A stretch of 63,169 nt of DNA, the filler included, from Reticulomyxa filosa (lineage: Eukaryota; Protista; Foraminifera): the NCBI GenBank assembly GCA_000512085.1. It is 16 parts of 16 records of this genome, joined end to end, with 100 filler letters (N's around TTAATTAATTAA, not from the genome) between each part and the next. Parts side by side here need not be neighbours in the genome. Positions count along the whole stretch, not along the records: positions 47,273 to 56,128 come from ASPP01005274.1; positions 56,229 to 58,264 come from ASPP01008433.1; positions 58,365 to 60,269 come from ASPP01002616.1; positions 60,370 to 61,726 come from ASPP01020586.1; 12 more parts are not named here. One strand, given 5' to 3'. Position numbers and translations under genes: made by a program. The notes under the pieces are model-generated. The model made no database searches. It saw only the letters and a program-made list of their open reading frames with translations, and was not told where the DNA came from. Positions 50,039 through 61,726 of the stretch are shown here, piece by piece (the stretch's first letter is position 1; each line of letters starts with the position of its first letter).

Positions 50039-50658
50039 TTTCTTGATTTTCTTTGTCAGCAGTTGGGTGCCTTGATTTTAACTGAGTTTGGTCGTTTGTC
50101 AGTTTCGAATATGTGTCATCTATTTTTTTGTGCAGAAAGCAAAAAAAATGAACATGTTATAAACAATTAAAATTGGGAAGATTGCAAGAATGTACTACAT
50201 ATCCATTTGCTCTACTGTTTCCGACAATATATTTTCAAAGATTACATATCTAAACTGACAGTAAGTAAGATATTTCTAATTGAAATCTAATCCCTTATCA
50301 GTATGTTGTATCCCACAAAAAATTTTTGGTATTCGCTTTGATTAACAAACCAAAAGCAGAAATTCTGTAGGGGTTATTTATTGCATTTTTCATTGTACAA
50401 CATTCTGTTATAACCCAATTTCTAATTGTCAAAAAAGATAAAATATGTACTAAAAAGATTTAAGAAAAATAGTTTTGCAACCTCTTTGATTTATTTGCTT
50501 GTTTAGAAGATAGTAACATCTTTTTGCGAATTGCTTTTTTAAAGCATGCACATGACAATTGCTGAAAGGGAAAAAAGTTGTTGTACTGAGCCATCAAACG
50601 AAAAAACAAAAAAGAAAGTCAAACATTAACAAAAAACAATAACATAAAATCACAACAA

Positions 50659-52172
50659 TCATGTAGTTGCCATAGCTGGGCCATTCTTGAAGTTTCCTCC
50701 CAGATCACAAGTGGCAAGTAAAAGATCCCGAACATCAGTGCCCAATTCTTCGACAATATTTAGTCCTTCCATTTTATCCGTGATTTTTCCATCGACAATG
50801 TCGCACATCCGATCAAGCCCATCAGATACGCTTGGATACTGATACGTTTCATCCTCAATTTGTAAAACGTCACTGCACACATCAAAACGTAACACGTATT
50901 TCAATTTGCAAACCCCTTTATGAAACAAACCCAAAAAAAAAAAAAAAAGTCTAACCTTAAATGAAAAGGTTTAAAAGATTCCAGCAAATCATGATATTCA
51001 TCTTCTAGCTCGTTTAATTCTTGTGCATCCAAAGCATGTTCGACGGACAAATTTTCGACAATTTCAATCAATTCTTTGTCGATATTTTCTGTCAAATGTC
51101 GCAAAGTTTGTTTGAACGTCGCCATGGCCTGTTCTTGTTGATCCTTTCCAAACCGCGTCAACAACGACTTGCTTTTCTTCTCCTCGTCTTCCTCGCGTGG
51201 GTTGCTATCCGTTGTGGTCACACTAGGATTGTAACTTGTGGCCGTAACCAAGTTGTCAGAAGAAGCCGATGGTTGGTTGGCATGGCTGCGAGTTTGGCTA
51301 GTGCCAGTGTCTTGATTATTGCGAGAGGTGTCCACAATTCCACTTTTTTGTTCGTTCGCGCTGCTAGCATTGTTTTTGTTCCTGTTGCTGTGGCTCTCGT
51401 TATCACCGTCACTTTCGTTGTCCTCACCTTTGTTACCTTCAACATGTTGTTGCTGTTGCTGTTGTTTCTCCGCATTGCCCGAGTGGTGGCTCACATTGGA
51501 CGAAAGGCTTTCATTTAATACCCGCTTTATTTGGTTGTAACTTTTCTTTGTTGTGGATAAAAAGTGTTGATATTTATCCAGAAAAAGGGAGAGATTAAAA
51601 AAAAAAAAAATTTAAAAATCGTCACACAAATGTTTTCCTTTTTTTTTTTTTTGTATGTGATTAATGCAAAAAAAAAAAAAATCCATGTTGTTGGCAATTT
51701 CCACAACAACAGATATCAGATTGTCTGATAATTCAATCCCTTTTTGAAAGTCAACCGCCTGCAAAATAGTCGGGCTCGATACCAGGCCCCTCAGGTATTC
51801 CAATAGCTCTTGTCCTCGCTTCTCGTAGTTCTTTGGCTTTGTCATATCTTTGAACCACGCTTTTCCGGGAAAATTCGGTGGGGTAGATCCAAATGCTCGG
51901 TCCAAAATCCCATCGCGAACCAACTCGTCGTGCAACTTTGACATTGACGAATAACGGGTTTTTAATACATGCTCTTTCCCTTGAACGTCGAAGAGAAACA
52001 CGTACAACTGTCACATTTTATGTTTGTGGTGTTGTGACGCTTTTTGTATGCGTCACCAAACAACGTGAGCACTAAACACTATGAACGAGTTCTTTTTCAC
52101 ATCTGTAATGACTTCACAAGATTGCAAATTTACGCTGATCTTCCATTGTGTATCTGACAAATTTTTTGACAT
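50659..52172 (-). CDS. PX-domain protein, 4 exons
   Basis: KTRYSSMSKLH..PPNFPGK..EKRGQELLEYL fits the PX pattern RYSxF..PxxPxK..R..LxxYL, followed by a low-complexity linker and a helical C-terminus. Confidence 0.75.
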
Positions 52173-52417
52173 TTGTGCAATTATCCGACTTTCTATTTAT
52201 TTATTATTTTTTTTGTACACTATATTTTTTGTTCTACGCCCCCGAGGGCCAAGCAGTCGATCAAATTTATTGGAAGGGTTTTATATCTGAAAATACCTTA
52301 AAATCAAAACGTTAAAATGTATATTCACCTAACCCTTACCAAATTTTGCAGAGAAATGCAAAGAAAAATAAAGACAAAGAAATAAGAATGTTCCTTTAAT
52401 TGCAAAAATTAAAAATT

Positions 52418-53092
52418 TTAAAAAAGGTAAAATTTGAATATTAGAACCAGCAAAACAACAAGTAAGCAAACACACGGTATTGTGTACTGTTGCACCATGG
52501 ACAGCCAATTGATATATTTACTTTTTTGTTTAAATTTGAGGGATTGATCTAACAAGCGATTAGAAGTGTCATGAATAGCGTCCAGTTTGTGTCCTCGGTG
52601 CATAACTGAAGATATGTTTTCACGCATAATTTCGGTGACTTCTTCTAACTCTTTCCCCAAAGTATTCATATGTTTGATTCGTGAGACGTTCTTGGGCAAA
52701 TCTGGGTTTAAGTAGTCAATCCTTAGTTTGTCGAGTTCGGGTGCAAAGTCGATGCAACTGTAAGCTTGATCAAATGAATACAGATTTTGTGAATATTTAT
52801 AAAAAAATGATCGATGCAGATCATCCAAATACGAAAACGCTAATTTTTGTGGATAGGTAGAATCCACTAATGTCAGATATATTATTCCACAATCCCTTGG
52901 GGTGTAGTAATGAAAGATATAGTCGCCATGGTTTATTGTCACTCTTTCTTTTCTGTCTTCTTTTCCGGTTCCTGCTGTTTTTATTATTTGTTTGGCTTTC
53001 TTTTTCAACTCGGGCAAATCATTACTATCGCCACTTGTGCCACAAAGTAAAAGCCCATCTTTACTTCGTCCTATTAATGTAAATAAAGACAT
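52418..53092 (-). CDS. SEC22: SEC22-like longin R-SNARE, intronless
   Basis: TLIGRSKDGLLL, YPQKLAFSYLDDL..F, YSCIDF, SNARE motif ELEEVTEIMRENISSVMHRGHKLD and a C-terminal TM. Confidence 0.93.
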   Translation of the reverse strand: MSLFTLIGRSKDGLLLCGTSGDSNDLPELKKKAKQIIKTAGTGKEDRKERVTINHGDYIFHYYTPRDCGIIYLTLVDSTYPQKLAFSYLDDLHRSFFYKYSQNLYSFDQAYSCIDFAPELDKLRIDYLNPDLPKNVSRIKHMNTLGKELEEVTEIMRENISSVMHRGHKLDAIHDTSNRLLDQSLKFKQKSKYINWLSMVQQYTIPCVCLLVVLLVLIFKFYLF

Positions 53093-55367
53093 CTTTGATG
53101 GATTTTTGTTTTTTTTGAAATCAAGAATTTGTTTTGTGAACGCACACAGTTCCTTACTTGAGAAGTTGCAAAAACTTAGTTATTGAAAGCAAAAAAGATG
53201 GGGAAGTTTCTCAAATATTTGCTTCGAAAAGACCACTAAAACAACATTAACATTGTAACTAAACAAGCAAACAAAGTTAGCGGCGCTCATAAAAGCGGAG
53301 CTTATGCTTCTAACAACAGTATCCTCTTCATTTGGCAAATAAATGTGTACATTCATTCAACTAATTTTGACACAAAGCCTGTGATTTTGGATTTTACATA
53401 TCAAGTGTCATACAATTGCGTCGTGTCAACTGTTTATATCAACTTCTTGCTTTCTTCATTCAACAGTTTGCTATTACTTTATTTTTCTATGCTGTTTCAA
53501 GATATAAGTAACGTTAATATGTTGCACAAAACAAGCTTAGTCAATAGCTGTCGTTCTTGGACCAAGATCATTCGATGCTTGACCTTTCCAAGTCATTGCG
53601 TTTGTATATGCGAAGTACTTTTTTTACAGTTGAATTAAAGTGCAAATTGTTATCGCTACAATATTGTTTTTGTTTTTTAGATACAATGCTGCATATTATG
53701 ATAAAATAATATAAACATAATGCTCCAAATAACATGAAAATAACGAAAACTGTATTTAACTTTTAAATAAAATTTTTACATAAACTTAATCCGACAAGAT
53801 TTGCATATTGAAAAATATATTATATGTGCAACACTATACTAACTATGATTAAATTGTAAAGTGATTTTAGCATTTTTGTTACTAAAACTTTTCCTTTGAA
53901 AAACACTTTGATAGAATTGCAATCTGCAAGCGTCCATCCACTGGACCGAAATGTGCTTTTTTATATAACTTGATAGCAGTTGCGCAGTTGCGCAGCTGTC
54001 AGGTTGCAAAATATATTGTGTGTTCAAATCACAGAAAGTGTATGTCTTTGTAAAGTGAAAAAAAATATAATCAGAATGATATCAACACGTTGTGATGATA
54101 CCAAGTGACAAATAGATATTAAAGATAAGTCCGAAAGTATTTATGCAAAAATTTGTATGTTTGGAAAAATTAATCAAAGAACATGAACAAACTATATAAT
54201 CAAAATTCAGTTTATCTGTTAATTGCAAAAGGTTAAGTTTCAGTTAAAAAAGTAATGGATAACGAATAAACTACTGATAAAATTTTTGCTTTAGATAAAT
54301 GTGATGTTTAATCAAAAGAAATTTGTATATGAAATCAGCTTGTGGCGATTATAACGACAAAAATTTATTAAAACAATAACTGTCGACGTTGCAAGAACAG
54401 ATTAATATTATAATGTAAGCTGCAGATGCACGAGCCGAAGTCTATTTAAGTCAAATGTATCAAGATGATAATATCAACATCAAGTCGGAAGCAAACAGCA
54501 CTTATATGCCAACAACAATAAGCGAAAGTCAACATGTAGTCTAAATGACTATAATTTGAACAACATCAAATATATACTGAGTTGATATTGTTGTTATGTA
54601 CAATGTTTGGAAGGAAGCATTATGTTGATGAACGAACAAATGATTTATTGCGCTTCAGGACAAAAAGTGGTAATAATTTCATTTTATACAGAAGCATATT
54701 CCGTAAATTTACTGCGTATACGGACAGCAAAAACTTAACATCACTATTTGCAATATAAAGCAAGTAAATAATCATCATGAAATGTGGATATTAAAATTGA
54801 TTTGATTCTCTTTCGATATAATGTATTTTCATTGAATATAAAATTTTATATTATATTTTTTATCTAGAAACACAAAGTTTGCAATCAATAGAAAAACTTC
54901 TTGTGATAGATATATATCATTGCAAAAACATGGACATGCGACGCAATATGTAAGTATTTATATCTCAAATTGAAAAAGTATTCAGTAATCGAATTGAAAC
55001 ATTCAACTACGAAGAACTATTGGAAAAATGAATTTTGTGAAGCACAACGAACATACAAAGAAATCGAAATTATTATGAAATTATTTGAAGAATCATCAAA
55101 CGAAATGAATACTAGAACGTTTTCATATACATTTGTAACAATTTTGGTCGATCGTAACGTTGATTTTATTGAATTAAATTCTTGTAATTTTTTAATATGC
55201 GTTGAAACATATATGAAAAAAAATGTTACTTAGGATCGATATCAAATTGGACACATTTGTAGAAGGAGTTGTTAGCAATTAGTATATCATTGAATACAAT
55301 AACACTTTGTGAAGCAGTTGCATGTAGTTCGATATTGCGCAATAAAAGCACAAAATATCTATAATAT

Positions 55368-55592
55368 TGTGGGGAGTCTGCTGTGGAGAATCTGTACTAA
55401 ATGTAATACGAAAGGAACTTAGTTCCAAAAGAACAATTTCAATAAAAGGAAAGTAAATTAAAGAGAATTAATGACAAAAGGAAAGTAAGAAAAGACAAGG
55501 AAGTAAGAAGTAGTTAACTGAGGAAGTTTAACCAAAGGGAGCTCCTCAGCTCCATACAAGTTCAACTATGTGTGATAAGGGCTTGCCCTACA
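55368..55592 (+). mobile_element. Solo-LTR-like element, copy 2 (225 bp)
   Basis: TGTGGG...CCCTACA with flanks ATAT/ATAG (3 of 4 match). Core shared with 44296-44514. Confidence 0.7.
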
Positions 55593-56228
55593 ATAGATAT
55601 TTTTAAAAAATTAGTTCTGAATGTTGTTTTTTCATTTAGAAAATCAATCATCTATATAAGGTGCAGTTTTTGGTGTCAACTTTACTTTGCATTTTACTGT
55701 GTATATTTGAAAGATGTATACGGAACGAGTCCCATTCAACAAAAACAATAGAATATCGTTGTGTTTGCTCCAGTTCGCAAAAATAAGCAAAAATTAAAGT
55801 GAAACCAAAATCGAAAACCAACATTAAAAACAAAAAAAAAGGCTTGGCACACTTTGAATATCATTTATATCCACATCAGCACAGATGTTTCATCAAAGCA
55901 TAAATAAACAAACAATAAGCTATTGTTGGCAAAATTATTGACATTCAAAATTGTACCGAAACAAACAAATAAACAAAACTTAAACAGATTTAATTTTGCA
56001 GCTGAAGACCAACACTTGAGAGTAGATAAACGCAAGATAGACACGAAAGCAAAATCAAAGAAACAAACAAACAAAAAAATCAACTAAAACACGACACAAG
56101 ACAATGCCAGTGATAAAAAAAAAAAAAANNNNNNNNNNNNNNNNNNNNNNNNNNNNNNNNNNNNNNNNNNNNTTAATTAATTAANNNNNNNNNNNNNNNN
56201 NNNNNNNNNNNNNNNNNNNNNNNNNNNN

Positions 56229-56842
56229 TTGGAATCTATGTAAGCATTGTCCCCCATTTTGAATACAAATGTAAATCCCTTACACTTTTTTTTTTTTTTC
56301 CTCCTTTCCCCTCCTCCCTATCTGCCTCTTGTCCGAGCCTTCATAAAAATATATATGTTTGTACAAATTCACTTTGATTACCTTTTCCTTGTGCTTCTGA
56401 ACTTGCTTGCGCTTCCGTTTGTGTGTTCGTTGTCGTTTTGTCTTGCCTTTTTTTTTTTTTTTTGTGCATTACATGCTTCCACCCCCCTTTTTTTTTTTTT
56501 TTTAATTCAAAACTTTGAGAGATCTGACTTCTTATAAAAATCAATTTCCTTCTTTACCATGACACGCTTGCCATCGATTTGCCCTCCATTCATGTAACGC
56601 AAACACTTTGCCACGTCTTGCGTGTCTTTGTATTGAACAATCCCATAGCCCAAAGACAGCTTCACCTCGCGGTGAGTTGGTATGTAGCATCGCTCCACTG
56701 CTCCCCACGACGAGAATACCTCGTGCAAATGATCGCTCGTCACATTGCGACTCAATTGACTCACTCGCACTACATTATTCCCTATCTCTGGTGTCCTGCT
56801 TCGAGAGGCGAGCCTTGCCGAACCAGAACGCTCACGAGACAT
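56229..56842 (-). CDS. RNPS1/SR45-like RRM protein (3' end uncertain)
   Basis: RS-rich start, then VSQLSRNVTSDHLHEVFSSWG..GYGIVQY..YMNGGQIDG, which is characteristic of the RNPS1 RRM. Confidence 0.8.
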
Positions 56843-57380
56843 TGCAATATTCTCGGTTATTTTTTTTAATTGAAAGGGAATTATTTTTGTGTTTTTGTCC
56901 TCTGAAAACGTTGCGAAATAAGTTTATTGGTTGATTCATTTACGCTAACTTACAAAATAAAAATAACTAGGTTAAAATGTGTTAGTTAAATAGCTATACA
57001 TTACACAGAACAAACATAACAAAATCGTGACTTTACACGGAAAAAAGCTTATCTTTTCCGCAGAAACGATTCAAGAAACATAAACGTTGAAGAATTTTAA
57101 TCTGTTTGTATACACTATTTGTAGCTTTTTGCTTTTTTAGAGCTATTAAGGGTTTAAAAAAGTAAGCAAAAGTAACAAATGTAAATGTGAAATTGTGAGC
57201 AACGCTCGCGTTGGACAGCTTTCTGTTGAGGCTGCAACAAAAGAGCAAATATACTCCTGAAAGAACTAAGTTAGTCAATAATTTAGCAAAAATAAATGAA
57301 AGCCAAGAACGAGGAGAATTGTATAGGTTTTTGACGATGAAAATAAATAATTGGTTTTATCCTTTGAAGGTTGAAATAGC

Positions 57381-58186
57381 ATGTCAAACAAATACGAAGG
57401 TCCATTTTCTCACAAATTGAAACTGGACAATGGGAATTCAAATGTTCCAAGTGGTATAAAACAATGTTTGGGCGCGGCCAATACACCGATCCAGTCGCTT
57501 GGAAAAGTGTGCCGACAGGTGAAGGCCAAAGGTAATAGAAACACGGGAACATACAGCAACATATTAAGCACGTACATAATATACATAAAGACAAGTGGGA
57601 TGACGAGCAAATTTTTTGTGAAAAAAAAAAAAAAAAAGATGGAAACGAAGAGAATGAAGAAAAGAAGAGAAAAGTAGGAACAATGGACAACAGTAATAAG
57701 ACAAAGAAAGGTACAGCCGAAGTCAGTGAAGTGATAGCCCAAAAGCCGTGGCCAGTGAAAGAAGCGACCAATCAAGAATTGGACGAGAGACGAGGAAGTA
57801 AGTATTTCCGACGGACGTCACTCTTACACTCGATCATGCAGGAGCAGAAACGACATTCGGTTTCCTTGGCGACCATTGCGACCAACACCACCGCAGCAAT
57901 CACTACCACGACTATCACCACAAGCGCAACCAATCAAAAAAAGGAAATTTACGATCAAGATAAGAGAATTCTCAGTGGGTTCCAAAGTTTAAAAAAAGCA
58001 ACAATATATGCATACGTACATGATTATATTTTTCTTTTTTTTTTTTTTTTAAACACTATTAAGATCCGTTTTTTTTTTTTCCTCTCTTAAAAAAAAAAAC
58101 AAAAACAGGTGATACACAAACACCACCGTTGCCGGAGTTGTGTGATAGACGATCAAAGAAAAATCGGTTTAACAATAGACACGATG
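57381..58186 (+). CDS. Hypothetical protein, first three exons
   Basis: ATG 57381 with in-frame GT-AG joins to GTMDNSNK... and SDTQTPPLPELC.... No family recognised. Confidence 0.55.
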
Positions 58187-58364
58187 GTAAGTGCTTTTTG
58201 TTGTTTGTTGTTGAAGAAAGGAAAAAAGGGAGATAGGAAATGCATTGGGCAAAATAATATGTATNNNNNNNNNNNNNNNNNNNNNNNNNNNNNNNNNNNN
58301 NNNNNNNNTTAATTAATTAANNNNNNNNNNNNNNNNNNNNNNNNNNNNNNNNNNNNNNNNNNNN

Positions 58365-59188
58365 TTATATTTATATTCTTTTATTATAAATATGTTAATC
58401 ATAGATATAGCTGAAAAAATTCTTTGTTTATAATAATATGCTTTTCCATTGGTATGCAAGTCTTTTTTTCTAATGATAAATAAAGTGGAAAAGAGAATCT
58501 TTTCAAAATCTAAACAAACTACTTCTTTTGTGACATCACTAAGAGTTATAAGTATTTTTACAACTTTTTGTTCCAATTAAATGTGCGTTTGCGTGTTTAT
58601 GTGTCTTAGAAACAGCTTTATTTGTACTATAATTATTTTGAATAAACCGTTTTATTGTCTTGAATAATTTAATGAAATTGCAAATAAATACAATTTTGTT
58701 AATAATGATGTAGGAAATATGTTTTACTTTTGCATGTACACATGAATTTCAATTATTCTTGAGAAAAAAAAACACGTAATGCAAATGCAAACAGAAGATT
58801 CTGAAAACAATTCGAGTTTTTTATATTTAAAAAATTTTTTTTTGAAGTATTTATCAAAATTTCAATATAATTTTCACAAAAAACTTTCTAACTGTAATTG
58901 CGAAAATACTATATGTTGATAGCACTTAACAGCTTTGACTTGCAAAATATTTATAAATAAATACATTTAATTTCTAATAGATTTGTCTATCAGTTGATAG
59001 ATAAAATAAAATAATATTCACAAAACATCATTTCAATGCGCTAAACATACTTGCGCTAACTTCGGGTAAGAGGTACTAATATGTAGTACCAATTACCAGG
59101 AGTATTCAGATTGTTTTACTGTAAACAGGAAAGCATCACCTAATGGCAACTTTGAATACTGACCAAGTGGGATTACTGGATGTTGCAA
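58365..59188 (-). pseudogene. Decayed exons of a hypothetical gene
   Basis: AG-flanked 138-nt exon 59051-59188 (LQHPVIPLGQY..SW*LVLH..LAQ|GTATGT) with one internal stop, plus a further exon-like ORF at 58365-58576. Confidence 0.45.
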
Positions 59189-59269
59189 CTTAAGTTATTT
59201 TTATTTTTAATTAAACACACAAATAATAGAATTATAGGGTGATATAAGCTCTTGGTGAGCGCCTTTATT

Positions 59270-59670
59270 AAAAGGATTGTAAAATATGGATCAAATGAAT
59301 TATTAAATACAATATTATCTGGATCAAGTGATTGCAATGTTTGTTTATGGGATATTCGATATTGCCAACAAATTCAAGTGTTTAATGGGCATAAAGATTA
59401 TGTTCGTGATGTTGAATATTCTCCATTTGTAATAAACAATAATATTGTTAATTCAAATGTTATATGTTCTGGATCATGGGATAATACAATTAGATTTTGG
59501 GATATTCGATCAAATAAGGAAGAATTATATTGATAAATGGAAATTATCAAAAAGATGATGGAGTGTTATGTATTAAATTTGGCTTATTGGAAAAGAAAAA
59601 AAATTCAAAAGATCGTACTAATTTATACTATGGCTTAAAAAAAGGTTAAATTTATGTCTTTGGATAACTT
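59270..59670 (+). pseudogene. 5'-truncated WD40-repeat pseudogene
   Basis: NTILSGSSD..LWDIR..QIQVFNGHKDYV..YSPFVI..ICSGSWDNTIRFWDIRSNKEELY, then a frameshift (~59531) into INGN..DDGVLCIKF..LYYGLKKG*IYVFG. Confidence 0.85.
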
Positions 59671-60369
59671 TTTTAAAAAATTGTAGTGTAAGGGTAAATT
59701 ATAGCGGAATAATGTAATTTACACCAAAACTTATTTGAACTTTTTTTGGAACTTATTGAAATTTATTTTTTTTTTGATGAATTGAAAACATTCTTTTTAA
59801 TAAAGAAGCTTAAGTAAAAGAAGGTTAAATCTAAATGAAGAAATAAATCAAACAAAAGGAAAAAAAAATATTAATACTATCTAATTCCATTCATGTTTTA
59901 ATGAAGAAGAAATATAAACGCAATTGGACAGATCCAAAATATAAGAAAATTTGAAAACACAAAGGTCTATGCCGAATGCGACTTTATTTGTATCTATATC
60001 TATCTTGACATCTATCTTTTTAATTCTCAAATATGAATACGTAATATACTCTGGAGCTAAAGCTTCGATTTTGACATGTGTATATATACATATATATGTG
60101 AAATTACAGTTCAGAGAAATTTGAGATCGAACACATCTTCATTTTGTGCGGATTTGAAGTGACAGAGGAGGGACAAAAGGAAATATTTGAAATTTATGGG
60201 AGTGTGGACGATGTTATATTGCCATCAACGATATCTTTGCCAATGCATTTAAACACATGTTACAGACAGNNNNNNNNNNNNNNNNNNNNNNNNNNNNNNN
60301 NNNNNNNNNNNNNTTAATTAATTAANNNNNNNNNNNNNNNNNNNNNNNNNNNNNNNNNNNNNNNNNNNN

Positions 60370-60812
60370 AAAAACAAAAAAAAACAAACTCGATAAGAAG
60401 GGACTCTTTTTTTTCGGCATTGATGCAACTGGAGAGTAAATACTGACCACTGGACGGAGGTATGAAGTAGTCGTGCTGGCCATAGAGGCCGAGCAAAGGG
60501 ACTTTGAAGTGTTGAATGTCATTGACGCCGTCGTTGACATGTTTGGCCAAGCCTTTGGCCAAGGCGTTGAGTGCGTGAGCAGGACGATTGAACATGCGGG
60601 CAAAAGGCGAAGTGGCGTGAAACACAAAGGGGAAATCACCTTGATAATCTTGGTACAAGTCATCACCGCCGTGGTCCCCTTTGACAAAGGCGTCAATCAC
60701 ATAAGACGTGGACGTCGCTGTATGATCACCCCCTTCTTCCTTTTCAATAGTAGCAATATTGATTTTTTCATCATTATCATTATTATTATTATTATTGTTA
60801 TTGTTATTGTTA

Positions 60813-60862
<50 letters not shown>

Positions 60863-61663
60863 GTTATTATTCTTATCATTAGATAATAACTGAATGTCGC
60901 GGAGAGCAGACCCAACAAAACGATCGACACAACGATATAAAATATGGATCTTAGTGTCGTATCCGTCGGGTATCTGTCGATTGATTGCCTGCTTGACGCG
61001 ACTAGTGGTGGAGTGATGAGGCCACCAAAGGGCGTTGACATTGGTATCGGCCTTGTAATTGATGGGATCGAACTTGCCTCCGCAGCACGTGCCGCTAAGC
61101 ACGGCGCCGCTCAAGAAGCGATGTCCGTGTTGAATGGCCAGCACCTGCGCCACCATTCCTCCCAGGCCCACTCCCAACACAAATACCTTTCTCTGCACGT
61201 TGTTCACGTTATCGTAGAACACTTTTTCGATCAGCGCGCTCAGGTCGCTGGCCAGCGCGTGTACTGTAATCATTGACTCTAGCGACTGTTGTTGTTGTTG
61301 TTGCATCGTCATCGTCGTCGTCATTGTCGTTGTTGTCGTTGTCGTCTCAGTGATGGCAGCAACAGTAGCAGCTGCAAGGAAGCCGCTCTGTCCAAATCCA
61401 CGCAAGTCGTACGTCACTACTGGTCGATATCTTCGCACTCGCGACACAAAGTCGAGCCAATCTTCTTTCACCATTCCGCACTCGTTGATTAGTACCAAAG
61501 GTGTTCGCGTGCGGGCTACGTTTGCATGTTCGTGCATGTTCGCATGCGCGTTGTCAACGAGGGGCTGCCATAGCTTGTAGTACAGCTTTCGTCCATTCAC
61601 TTCCACACATTGCGTGTCTTGACTCAATTCGATTGCTTCCCGGAACATTCTTCGAACATGCAT
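60370..61663 (-). CDS. Alpha/beta-hydrolase-fold protein lacking the catalytic Ser, with homopolymeric inserts (3'-truncated)
   Basis: VEVNGRKLYY..PLVLI, VVTYDLRGFGQS, ALASDLSAL, VLGVGLGGMVAQ, VPLLGLYGQHDYFIP, with poly-T/Q and poly-N tracts. Confidence 0.82.
60772..60872. repeat. (AAT/AAC)n trinucleotide tract encoding poly-Asn
   Basis: About 30 consecutive Asn codons in the minus-strand hydrolase ORF. Confidence 0.95.
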
Positions 61664-61688
61664 ACCACAAACATTATAATTCTTCTCC

Positions 61689-61726
<38 letters not shown>
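61689..61726. repeat. (TTG)n microsatellite at contig end
   Basis: Perfect TTG repeats running into the linker. Confidence 0.95.

Noticed and set aside
59045-59190. Structured ncRNA candidate (hairpin GGTAA-GGTACTA/TAGTACC-TTACC, stem AGTATTCA/TGAATACT; faint SRP/U4 resemblance)
   Set aside because: Lacks the SRP helix-8 and U4 stem-I motifs. The same interval is exactly a 138-nt AG/GTATGT-bounded minus-strand exon with one stop, which explains its higher GC content.
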